A stretch of 28,069 bases of DNA. It comes from Ginkgo biloba. Its lineage: Eukaryota > Plantae > Ginkgophyta. The translations under genes were made by a program, and so were the position numbers. Under the pieces are notes generated by a model. It was not told the DNA's origin. It did no database searches and worked only from the letters and a program-made list of their open reading frames with translations. Where the stretch lies: contig JANKJI020000001.1 of assembly GCA_024626585.2 (NCBI GenBank), positions 15,550,606-15,578,674 on the forward strand, in the 5' to 3' direction. The first letter of the stretch is position 1; every line of letters begins with the position of its first letter. Shown here piece by piece: positions 1 to 11,808 of this stretch.

Positions 1-250
1 AAACATAAATTCCTATAACAATGTCTTGAGTTGGTACTAGAAAAAATTCTCTTTAAAAACCATTACATAAATAATACATGGATCTTTATAATAAGCCAAT
101 TAGTAACTAAATTATATTTCCTTGTTTAACCTATCCTCTAATTGACTCACTCTAATTTTTAACTCTATAATGGTATTATGGGGGTCTGATAGATTGATAT
201 GAATTTGATCGCTTAGCTTTACCTTGATGGGAAAATTTTCNNNNNNNNNN

Positions 251-1314
251 TTGATTTTGGACTAGAAGGTCATGGAAGCATCATAAAATTTTTTCTATAG
301 TCACTCCTTTTCTTCCACTAGCTCACTTATGGATTCTTCTAAAACATAAAATCTACCCTTGTAGTCTTTTAATTTCTCTTCTAGTTTGATGCTATGAGTT
401 TTTTCAATCTTCAAATGACTTTATAATATCCTTACCAGTTGTTGACTCCTCTAATATTTCATTTTCACCTTGTCTTTTCCAGAGCCTTCCTACATCAGTC
501 TTTTCTTAAAAGATTCTATTACACTTAGGGTATCATTCATTTTTAGCTAAAATTGTCTTTCCATATGTACTAGTTTACTTTCCTTTTCTTTCAAATAACC
601 TTCAATCTATTGTACTTACAATTTAATTTTACTCAATTTTGGGAACTTACGCTTATGTCCCCCATTCTTCTTTTTTTTAATTTTTAAACTATCTTCTAAA
701 TTCATAATTTTATCAATCAATGTTTATAAATCAATATCTCTATTTAATAATCCTTTTTATAACTGATTTCTCTATTCTATTTAATCATTCAATCTCTATT
801 TAAGGGTTTTAATCTCCAAAGTTCTATCATATTTTTTAAATTGGATAGATGATCTTTCTCTTACCACAAAATTAGAAATTTCATTCGTGTGCCATAAAAA
901 ATCATAGAATTACGAATCACCACCCAAATCACCTACTAGTTATAGGATCTTGACTAGATCATGAGGGGTTGATGTGAAGCAATAATATCTAAGGACATCC
1001 TCATTAGGCAATTAGGACATTTCCAATTACTTATTCTCCAAATCTTCAACCAATTATGCTCTATATCTCTCAATTTCTAGCTTTTATTCTTCTAATTTCT
1101 CAGCCAATTCTTTGCACTCTCATTCAGATATTCTATACATTTATTTTATATTTTTAACAAATAATTTAGCAAGGGATAACTGACCCAAGGGATTACAATG
1201 TTCTTCAATATTGCTTTTATTATTGCTAATTAATAGTCATTTCTCCATTTTTCTCTTCCTTATTTGTCCTCTAGCTTCCCATAAGACCCTTTATCTATGC
1301 CCAAAAGGGTTTTT
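251..1314 (-). other. Unidentified decayed coding-like region with coiled-coil character (probably a TE accessory ORF)
   Basis: The - strand is strongly purine-rich and translates to charged heptad-like runs such as ECKELAEKLEE*KLEIERYRA*LVEDLENK and LEIKTLK*RLND*IE. No family motif recognised. Confidence 0.25.
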
Positions 1315-3479
1315 NNNNNNNNNNNNNNNNNNNNNNNNNNNNNNNNNNNNNNNNNNNNNNNNNNNNNNNNNNNNNNNNNNNNNNNNNNNNNNNNNNNNNN
1401 NNNNNNNNNNNNNNTAAAATGTCTAGAATCTCTTCTATAATAGTCATTGAAACCTTCGATTCTAGTGAGTTCCTATTCTTCATATTATAAATTTCCCTTA
1501 AGGATCTTGGAGAATATTTCTTTTGAATGAAATTCCTTAAGGTACTTTGGGTTTCTATGAGTCCTTTTTGAATTTTTTATAAGGAGTCTAATGGTTAAGA
1601 TGAAATCCCTAATTGTTCACCTTTCTCATGATTATTTATAAGTTTCCCTTTGTCCTTCTAGTTTTAGACATAGACAAACCTCTCAAATTTGTCTTGTATA
1701 TGATATCCCATTCACATTTATTAATAAGAAAGAGAATATCTACCATACAGTTATGAGAGTGTTGTCACCACTTCTCATAACTCTCCTACAATTTATTCTC
1801 TTTAAATTGAAGGTATACTAATCAAATATTCTCTCTTGGTTTTAATATTTGAATCCTCTATTATCCTCTTTCTTTAATCATTCACTTTAAATATTTTAAG
1901 GCTCATTATTTTCAATAAAATATTTTTATTTGACTTGTCAATCCTTTTAAGGATGCAGAATCTTTAAATATTTGTCTCCTTTCCACTATACCCTAGAACA
2001 TGTATAATGTTATTTTGGTAATTATTAGTGTTCTCACCATCCTTGACAACAATTCCAAAATTATGATAACTTTTGATAGTAATCATACATTAAATTTCAA
2101 CTTGGGATATCGTTAACTTGTCAAAATGAGAGAGGTAGGAAACCTTCTCCACTAAATGATCCAAAAGATTATGATAGGAATGAATCTATCTACTACTATA
2201 GAAAATGACTTAAAAGGAATAACTAAATAATACCTAGTCAACACAATTTCCCCAATGACTCATGAAGTATCAATTAATCAATAGAATCACAAAGGAAAAG
2301 AAACAAGAATGAAAGTAACTAAAATTAATATATTTTTTATGTCATAATCATAAGTCTCTTTCCTAAGGAATCTATACACTAAACTAAATAATCAAAAGAA
2401 ATTCCTACTTATGGTTACAACTAGAAACTATTAGGACCTATAGGATCCCTTCTTCAAATACCTAACAACTCTATAAAGTCTTGAATAATAAGAACTATCT
2501 ATTTAATTCATTATAAGTATGAGATATGTATACACCATAATTGTAGTCAAATTAACTACCTAAAAATAATTAGAGATGACTAATCAAAATAGTTACATCA
2601 TAAATGCATAATTATATAAATTTTCATCATGGTAAAAAATTTATTGGTAACTATACAAGATCCCAGTCAATACACACATCACCTCTATGACTTAGTACAA
2701 AAATATCAATACAAAATTTTTTAATTAAATATGCCAAAAACTATCAACCCGCTCATCGCCAATATGAGTCCACTACTTTGCTAATCTAGTTTGAATACAT
2801 ATCATTTCATAAATTATATCCTAATGAAAATTTTCCTCCTAAACCATCAACAAATATAGCTTAGAAAATTGGTCAGTAAAGGAAGAAATTAGGATGGGAA
2901 ATATTTTNNNNNNNNNNNNNNNNNNNNNNNNNNNNNNNNNNNNNNNNNNNNNNNNNNNNNNNNNNNNNNNNNNNNNNNNNNNNNNNNNNNNNNNNNNNNN
3001 NNNNNNNATCCCATAAAAATTTAATTCTTATGATATTTATCATTATTATCTATTAATAATAACAAAAAAATATTAATTTATGGTGACTCAGAGAGACATT
3101 GCTCTAAAATTTGAGAGTAATTTCTTGGATTAAGACTAGTCCAATCAGAATATTATAGGAGAGTAGACGATCATGCACATTTAGTATATGGGATAAAGAC
3201 ATGGATATGCACAAGGGTGTAATAATCGAAGGAGAACTAGTTATGGAAAGAGAGAAATCATTAAGGAATGGAACAATTTATTACTCACGTAGTTGAGACA
3301 AATAAAATTAAAAATTCAAGTCTTCAATAAGGTATTATGCGAGCAATTAGAGATGATGGAGTGGAGAAGAACTAGGAGAGGTATGAGGGGTAGAAGAGTA
3401 ACAAGAATTAAAGTATTATGGGTTGTGTGGTGTCTATTAAATTAGACAAATTCTTAGTAAATGAAGATATAGAAAAATA

Positions 3480-4000
3480 TAAGAAAAGTAGTATAGTTAG
3501 AGTCTATGTTACTCATCCTCCATCTATGAAATTTTTTGAAGAGTGAACGAAAATAGATTAGTTGCAAAAAGGAATCAAATCTGGACAAGTTAGATACTTA
3601 ACTGAAGGTTTTTTTATTTTTTTTCGTTTGCATCTTAAAGTTGTGCCATCACTATTTTAAAACAAAAAGTATGGCAATATAGAAAGAGTATTTTTATAAT
3701 GTAAGAATGGACACCTAATTTTTTCCTACATGAGGTTGAATTAATATTTCGTCCTATATGGATATAAATTAGAGGATTAGACATGGGATTGTGGAAGCTC
3801 TTGCTAGAAATTATTGCTCCAATTTGTAAGTTTATGGAAATGGAATAGGTGGATATGTTTTTAATAAACCAAATGTTATAGTTTGCACTATTATAGACCT
3901 TATAGAGAAATTATTAAAAGAAGGTGATATTAAAATAAGGACTAAACTAACTAAATATAGTTACATTTTCAGGTCTTCCTAAATCCATAAGTATATAGAA
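3480..4000 (+). pseudogene. LINE ORF1 remnant (DUF4283 / zf-CCHC_4-adjacent region)
   Basis: Manual translation gives IVRVYVTHPPSMKFFEE*, GQVRYLTEGFFIFF, RPIWI*IRGLDMGLWKLLLEIIAPICKF, NVIVCTIIDL and GLPKS. These match the plant L1 ORF1 pattern 'GxFxFxF...PVWVRIxGLPxxLW...ARVCVxIDL...xLP'. Many stops. Confidence 0.7.
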
Positions 4001-5403
4001 TAAGTCTATAGAATTAAATATTGTGCATTATTAAAGATAAATACCATCCTATTATCAAGAAAGAGACCTCTATTTAGAAGGTGGTAGGTACTAAAAAAAA
4101 TCAAAATGTTAAATAAAAAATGGAATTAAGTATTGAAAAGAAAGAATCATTATGTTATGTGTTTAATAAAACTAGCACGAAAGAGGACAAATAACAATAA
4201 CGTTATTCCATCTCAATTTCACCACAAAGGGGATGCTCAAGGTTGAAACCCATGGAAGTGAAAAGTATAGGTAGGTAAAAATAATTGTAATTAAATTATT
4301 TGAGGTTTGATAGTCCAATTTCAAAGATAATAGATCTGTAAATTATCAATAAAATAAGATTTAGGTATTTAAGAATTAAAATTTTAATATTTAATATGAA
4401 AATTTCCTCCTAGATGTTNNNNNNNNNNNNNNNNNNNNNNNNNNNNNNNNNNNNNNNNNNNNNNNNNNNNNNNNNNNNNNNNNNNNNNNNNNNNNNNNNN
4501 NNNNNNNNNNNNNNNNNNNNNNNNNNNNNNNNNNNNNNNNNNNNNNNNNNNNNNNNNNNNNNNNNNNNNNNNNNNNNNNNNNNNNNNNNNNNNNNNNNNN
4601 NNNNNNNNNNNNNNNNNNNNNNNNNNNNNNNNNNNNNNNNNNNNNNNNNNNNNNNNNNNNNNNNNNNNNNNNNNNNNNNNNNNNNNNNNNNNNNNNNNNN
4701 NNNNNNNNNNNNNNNNNNNNNNNNNNNNNNNNNNNNNNNNNNNNNNNNNNNNNNNNNNNNNNNNNNNNNNNNNNNNNNNNNNNNNNNNNNNNNNNNNNNN
4801 NNNNNNNNNNNNNNNNNNNNNNNNNNNNNNNNNNNNNNNNNNNNNNNNNNNNNNNNNNNNNNNNNNNNNNNNNNNNNNNNNNNNNNNNNNNNNNNNNNNN
4901 NNNNNNNNNNNNNNNNNNNNNNNNNNNNNNNNNNNNNNNNNNNNNNNNNNNNNNNNNNNNNNNNNNNNNNNNNNNNNNNNNNNNNNNNNNNNNNNNNNNN
5001 NNNNNNNNNNNNNNNNNNNNNNNNNNNNNNNNNNNNNNNNNNNNNNNNNNNNNNNNNNNNNNNNNNNNNNNNNNNNNNNNNNNNNNNNNNNNNNNNNNNN
5101 NNNNNNNNNNNNNNNNNNNNNNNNNNNNNNNNNNNNNNNNNNNNNNNNNNNNNNNNNNNNNNNNNNNNNNNNNNNNNNNNNNNNNNNNNNNNNNNNNNNN
5201 NNNNNNNNNNNNNNNNNNNNNNNNNNNNNNNNNNNNNNNNNNNNNNNNNNNNNNNNNNNNNNNNNNNNNNNNNNNNNNNNNNNNNNNNNNNNNNNNNNNN
5301 NNNNNNNNNNNNNNNNNNNNNNNNNNNNNNNNNNNNNNNNNNNNNNNNNNNNNNNNNNNNNNNNNNNNNNNNNNNNNNNNNNNNNNNNNNNNNNNNNNNN
5401 NNN

Positions 5404-6608
5404 TACATAAAATATATGTAAATGAGGTAAAACATGATATTTGAAGCTATGAAACCTATATCAGTTAAGGGATGAGAATCAAGAGTAGAGAAAATTGAGG
5501 AATAGATGGGAAAAATACTTTTTTAATATCTTGCAAGTTAATAAAGTCAAGTAAATAATATAGTAAATCAAATATGGATAAAAGAGAACCACTAATCAAG
5601 AAGGGATGATAGAAGTATTATAAGGTTTTATGGAAATCTATATAAATAAGAAGGCATATCTATAGAAAGAGAAGAATCCTTATTAAAATTCAGGAAGGTA
5701 ATAACCCAAAAGATAAAAATTGATAGAAAGATAAAAAGAAATGATAGATATACCTTTAAATATTAAACAAATCATGAATTTATTAGATCTATGATGAATA
5801 ATAATATCTAGGATTGGATGGCCTACTAGTCACACTCTATAAATAATTGTGGGAGTTAGATGGTGGAGATTTACTAAAAGTATATGAGAAGGAATTGAAT
5901 GTAGGTAACATGGGTAAATGATTAATTAAGGTTATTCCCAATTAGGGAAATATATATTTGGTGTTAAAGCATAGACTTATAAATATATTAGAAATGGGAT
6001 ACAAAACTTTAACAAAAGATTAAGGTAAAAGAGTATAAGTAGTCTTAAATGAGGTTGTCTCTAAATAATATACTACTCTCATAAAGAGAAGGTATATCCT
6101 AAAGAGTTTGATAAATTATTAATCATGTATGGAGTGGTATTAGAGATTAAATAATAAATCCATAACAATCATGCTTGATTTTAAAGAAGAATATAACTGA
6201 GTAGAATAGGATTTTCTTGACTTTATATTGTGAGTTGTAGTATTTAGAGATAGATTTTGTAAATTTCTCCAAATTCTCTTTAGCAATGTCTCACTAAGAG
6301 TTTATATAAATGGTATAATANNNNNNNNNNNNNNNNNNNNNNNNNNNNNNNNNNNNNNNNNNNNNNNNNNNNNNNNNNNNTACAACTTGTGTGAATAGTT
6401 ATTTACTTCACGATTGTAATGGTCTAGCTATCTAGGAAATTAATCAGCCAAATAAATCAATATATAATTTTAAATAACTATTTTATAGATAATTCCACAT
6501 TGAAATTTCTAAGTTAAACCTTGGAATGTGCATAATACCATAATCAGTTTAAAAGATCTTACAAATCTTCTAAGGCTAAAATCAATCTCAAGAAAATGGT
6601 TTCTATCT
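5404..6608 (+). pseudogene. LINE ORF2 reverse transcriptase remnant
   Basis: 5808: LGLDGLLVTLYK*LWE (PGxDG motif). 6171: MLDFKEEYN*VE*DFL (LDFEKAYDRVEWxFL). ~6480: YFIDNSTL (FADD motif decayed). ~6560: YKSSKAKINLKK (SGAKINxxK). Confidence 0.85.
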
Positions 6609-6849
6609 NNNNNNNNNNNNNNNNNNNNNNNNNNNNNNNNNNNNNNNNNNNNNNNNNNNNNNNNNNNNNNNNNNNNNNNNNNNNNNNNNNNNNNNNNNNN
6701 NNNNNNNNAATCCTTATGACCATGATCAAGGGCATGCTCCCTATGTACATGCTCAAGTGAATCATACATCTTAGTAGTCTCATCATCTTAGTCTTAGTGT
6801 ATTCCCTAGTATGGTCATCTCGTCATCTTAATAATATCTATTTGTGCAA

Positions 6850-7620
6850 ATAGAGCTTAGGATCCTCCCTTTACCCTGTCAAAATTTTATTGTGGAGAGC
6901 CTTATGAAACCATTTTCCATCTTAGTATGGTAGGGGTCATCATCCCCTAGTAGCATAGTTAGACCAATACTTAGATAGAATGCATGAAAGTGCTTAAAGA
7001 TCGAAGAGGGAACTAGTCAGGAGTAGTTAAGGCCCCTTGTTCCTCACTATCTAATCCCATCTAGCTAAGATCTCAATCCATCTAATATATAAGAGGGCTA
7101 ATCAAATTTCTCACTAGATACACATCTCTAGACAGTGGGAACCCATGAAGCTAGAATGCCACTAAAGTTTTAACTTTATGTTATAGTATAGATGATGGTT
7201 AGGGTGATAATATATCTTATATATGGAACTCTATCATCTTAGAGTACTAGAGTCATAATTCCATGGTGTACGATATATGCAATGCCATTATAACTAGATA
7301 AATAGACACATGCATCACCTAGATAACATGTCCTAAGATCCACTATATCTCCTATTCTACTCACTCTCATGATGCGATATATGTCATACTGAATAATAGG
7401 CATCTCACCAAATATGGGAAGAATGAAGGCCTAACGTGCTTCATCCCAATGATAAACTAGCTCCATGATATGTCCAGTATCAACATGAATTTTCATAACT
7501 TTGCATGCTCTTCCTAGACCACATGATCATAGGATTTCTTTCTCCCTATCATTTAACTATAGATACATGTTGTAGAGCTCATAGCTAGCCCTCTCTTTGT
7601 TGGTGATTCTGACTAGCACC
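6850..7620 (-). pseudogene. Plant Mobile Domain (PMD, aminotransferase-like; MAIN/MAIL-related) remnant, probably TE-borne
   Basis: The reverse strand from 7493 reads KIHVDTGHIMELVYHWDEAR*AFILPIFGEMPIIQYDIYRIMRVSRIGDIVDL. This matches the PMD signature 'DxxLIxALVERWxxETxTFHLPxGEMTITLxDVxxIxGLxxxGxxV'. Downstream similarity is weaker, and the outer bounds are approximate. Confidence 0.7.
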
Positions 7621-9399
7621 TATAGACGTCATTAAATTTTGATTAGGCATTGGAAAAATTACTTGAAAATTAAAGGTATATATCATACTATGAAAATGCA
7701 TGAAGAACAGTCATATACCATGGAAGTGCACATTTGTTTAGAGTGCACTTAATGGATACATTGTGCATTCATGTGCGCCCATATTACTTATTAGGGCATA
7801 AGAAAAAATTTAAAATAAAAAGAAAACATTTTGAAAATAAAAGTATGGAATAGGTTCATGGGCCCTACAAGAATATTCCTTGAAGAAATAATCAAATTCA
7901 AATGGTTGAATTTAGTGATTTTTTCATTTTTATCTTGTTGGCCCACAAAACCACAAAAAATGATATTTTAATTAAAACTTGAAAAAATAAAGTTGGAACC
8001 TATCGAATACTCATGTGTGGAGTCCTCCTCTACCATATAGACTATATNNNNNNNNNNNNNNNNNNNNNNNNNNNNNNNNNNNNNNNNNNNNNNNNNNNNN
8101 NNNNNNNNNNNNNNNNNNNNNNNNNNNNNNNNNNNNNNNNNNNNNNNAGAGATTTAGTATCCTCATCTAATCCTTCAACCTGATCAAATGGATAATCCAT
8201 GTCTTGGACTAGTCCTATAATCCTTAGCATAGATGATGTGTTGACCATAAAAATAAAAAAATAGACAAAATAAAATATTAGAATGAAATAAATCAAAAAA
8301 TTATTTCTCATCCCAAGAAAAAAATTGCTATAGTACCAAGGATGCAACAAATTGGATAGAATTCACAACTTGGGAATTATCAAAGAAGTGAAATCAAGAT
8401 AATACTAACTCTTATCAAGAAAAAAATACTATCTACAAGAAATTTATCAACTTAGATAGGTAAGGAAGGTATGTGAAACCTTAGTGGATAATGTTCAAAG
8501 TGGAAATTTAGCTCTAACTATAAATTCTAGCTCTTAGAATACTTTTTTATTACACATAATCAAGCACTACACATTTTGTTAAGCAAACCCACGTTCTCCC
8601 ATTAGGCATTATTCCTTCTCTTAATGAAGCATCGTGCCTTTTCTTTGAATTTAAAAATTTTAAAAACTCATAATGTAAATGTGAGGCCTTCAGATGTGTG
8701 ACTCTGCTACTTGATGTCTAGACCCACTATAGACCTACATGGATATAGATGCAAGATAACTATAGATTCTAAAACAAGATAAATAATCTAAGAATAAATA
8801 AGACAATAATATAACAATCCAAAAAAAGATAAGATTGACTTCAAAATTGGAATAATTAATTAAGGAGAATAATACAAATATGTGTGTATAAAATACAAAG
8901 TCATAGTAATCCTTATAAGAACCCCACTGGTGGTCANNNNNNNNNNNNNNNNNNNNNNNNNNNNATGCTAATATAACAATCATGGAATAATGCAAGTGTT
9001 ATCATACAACTAACCTATACAATTATCTAATAAGGGACTTATCCATGAAAGGAGTGTGTGTGCACCAATACGACTATGACAACTAATAAAAGAAACTAAT
9101 GTTGGAGAAAAATCCTATTTAATAATTAATAAAAGGGAAATATACTCACATGGAATTCCCTTTATTAATATCCCTCTAATACTAGNNNNNNNNNNNNNNN
9201 NNNNNNNNNNNNNNNNNNNNNNNNNNNNNNNNNNNNNNNNNNNNNNNNNNNNNNNNNNNNNNNNNNNNNNNNNNNNNNNNNNNNNCCATAGAACCACTTG
9301 TTATCCCCCTCTTAGTTAGGATGGCACATCATATTATATATCTATGTGTGCATTACCTAAAACCCCAATAGTTGGTATGTATGTCTAAAAAATTAAGTA

Positions 9400-10400
9400 A
9401 TTAATCCATGTAAAATAAATTGATGGTTATTTTCTACTTTTGTTTCGTTTAATCTATTCAACAAATATAACATGTATGGAAGTTGGAATCTTATATCATT
9501 CCTCTTTAAAGGACCTTGCATGTTATCCATTGAGTCCATAATCAGTTAATATGTGTATATCATGTCTTCATAATCCTATGATTCATATAAATTTATCTAT
9601 ATAATTAATCTTTATTGATCCTACTCAATATTATTGATAAAGAGAATAAATATTTTGATCGAATAATCGAAAACAAATTGACTCAAATCAATTCAAAAAA
9701 ATATTTAGGAATAGAAACCCCTCCTAATATCTATATAATTAAAACTTTGAATTAGTATAAATTAATTCAATATAAGATTGATGGGAATTTTAAAAATGTA
9801 CTAAATAAATTCTATGTCGTGAATAGGTCCAGTTGTAATTTAAAGCATAAAATTCAAAGAAATAGGATAGAAAATAAAAGTTTGAATAATGTGATGAAAT
9901 ATACAAACTATAAAATGAATTGATTTTATATGCTCTATAATCTCCATTATTGATCACTTCTAGTGCATATGGTACTAAAATCCAAAATAATAATTGCATG
10001 ACAACCACTTTTACATCAAAATGGCATCAAATAACTTCTCAACCTTAACATTAAACCTAAGTCAATTCTAAACAATATAGTATTTATCTAGATCATTGAC
10101 ATCAGTAATGTTTTAATCTTGTACAATATTATTTCATCATTATAATGTCTTTCATGTATAATATTATGGTACATCACACATTATATTTCCAATAATATTC
10201 ATTAGGTTAGGACATGTCCAACCCTTAAAATTAATAATGTCAAATATAGATACTAAATTTCGGACCTATCTAACTCTTTGGATAATAAATGCGAGTATGG
10301 TAGATGCCTATATCATGCTAATTTATAATAAAAATAAGGTTGGGAATATCGTATTTCATTACAAGCTAGAGTGAAGCGTTCATCAACTCTCATTTCCTTT
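9400..10400 (-). mobile_element. Possible downstream part of the same Helitron2/Helentron RepHel (post-motif-2 region)
   Basis: Weak, frameshifted matches on the - strand in the expected order: C..RYSQP (CRFxYPxP), YYPKS (YxPxRND), EYYWKY (YIAKY), YLMPF*CKSGCHAIIIL (LPLxxSSRxxVxL), SFYSLYISSH...FFEF...W.YSRHRIYLVHF, ELIYT..F. Separated from 10990-11662 by a 100-N gap. Confidence 0.3.
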
Positions 10401-10989
10401 TGTTCTATGACACTAGTCACAAAACTAGATCAATTTTAAGAATAGTTTATCCAAATAGATGGTTTTTAGCTACATAGTGGAAGAAGGCCTAAAACTAACT
10501 TTGGGTATTAAAGTAGTGAAGTTCCTCATCCATATAGTTCCCTTTCCCCTCACACTTCAACATGAATTCTATTAATACCCAAATTCCTACCAATGAGAAC
10601 TAAGTAATATGTTTGGAAATTAAAGTGGGAGGATGTTACACTTCTCATCAACACAGGATAGAAATAGCAATCAATAATATATAAAAATAGGAACTATCGT
10701 AAAAAAATCCTCACAAATTCAATTATAGTTTCCAAAATATCACTTACAAAATTGCAAGCCGCTTCAAGGTGGAAACCTCCTTGGATCAAAGATCAATTAC
10801 TAAGACTCAATACCCTTTTTAGGTTACAAGGATTATAATTTATANNNNNNNNNNNNNNNNNNNNNNNNNNNNNNNNNNNNNNNNNNNNNNNNNNNNNNNN
10901 NNNNNNNNNNNNNNNNNNNNNNNNNNNNNNNNNNNNNNNNNNNNCAACCCAAAGCAGCGGCCATCGCACCAAAGCCTCAGGGGCCTTCC

Positions 10990-11662
10990 CTTTTACTTTT
11001 ATTCATATTTATTCATGGCATTATTCATTGATGGAAAATTTATTTTGACCTAATTTTCTATGTTATCAAATTTCCATGTGATGAATGAATGTTAGAATTA
11101 TAAACTTATAATATATTGAATACTTTCATAATATTGTACAATATTTTCAATACCAAAAAAAGTTCAAGGGTTGTCATCCTTTCTCAAANNNNNNNNNNNN
11201 NNNNNNNNNNNNNNNNNNNNNNNNNNNNNNATTGAAATATTCTATAGATTGGATCATACTATTATAAGTGTTATTACATCCTTCACTAGTGTGTTTTATG
11301 CTTGTTTTGTTAATTCCATTTTATTCATAAGATATTTCCCACCTGTTATAGGTGGATGGTTGTTGGCAATGCGCATTCCACCTTTTAATAAAATAAATGG
11401 TCAATGGTTTGCCATTTGAATTCACTTGTATCTAATGTGAAAAATAGATAACATCATATTTTATTTTAATCCAAATATAAATATGACATAATTAAATTCT
11501 ATAATTATGATTTTAATTTTTTATATGCTATATTTAATTTCTTTTAGATTAAATAAACATCAAAATTATTTTCTCCTATTGAAAAAGGTTTGCATTGGTA
11601 TCTTTTATAACATTAGGCTATTAAGGATTAAAACTAGGAATGATTCTCTCTTTATTCTCCAT
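10990..11662 (-). mobile_element. Probable Helitron2/Helentron-type Rep remnant (motifs 1 and 2)
   Basis: Reverse strand 11450-11391 reads YLFFTLDTSEFKWQTIDHLF (cf. PTLFFTLSAADxxWPDL), then RIANNHPPITGGKYL (cf. VxxNPxxxxxY). At ~11160-11070 it reads FFGIENIVQYYESIQY..SNIHS..WKFDN across frameshifts (cf. FGxxxDYxxRxEFQxRGSPHxHxxxW). Confidence 0.5.
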
Positions 11663-11808
11663 NNNNNNNNNNNNNNNNNNNNNNNNNNNNNNNNNNNNNN
11701 NNNNNNNNNNNNNNNNNNNNNNNNNNNNNNNNNNNNNNNNNNNNNNNNNNNNNNNNNNNNNNNNNNNNNNNNNNNNNNNNNNNNNNNNNNNNNNNNNNNN
11801 NNNNNNNN

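Larger units (their letters stand above)
3080..6608 (+). mobile_element. Degenerate plant L1-clade LINE (ORF1 DUF4283-like + ORF2 reverse transcriptase); the endonuclease region probably falls in the gap 4419-5403
   Basis: ORF1 and ORF2 motifs are collinear on the + strand within one scaffold piece (3008-6608); see sub-features. The 5' boundary is approximate and the 3' end is cut by a 100-N gap. Confidence 0.85.

Noticed and set aside
2060-2500. Possible reverse PBS (cttttgatagta) and LTR
   Set aside because: The match to GCTCTGATACCA is poor and no partner LTR is present.
4410-5435. 335-341 aa ORFs
   Set aside because: Almost entirely N; assembly gap artefact.
8148-9185. Short minus-strand F/I/L/Y-rich ORFs
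   Set aside because: Low-complexity products of AT-rich sequence with no recognisable domain.
11230-11420. MULE-transposase-like reading (YFIKRW...EGCNN) on the minus strand
   Set aside because: Other frames give two ordered Rep-like motifs; the MULE resemblance is isolated and weaker.
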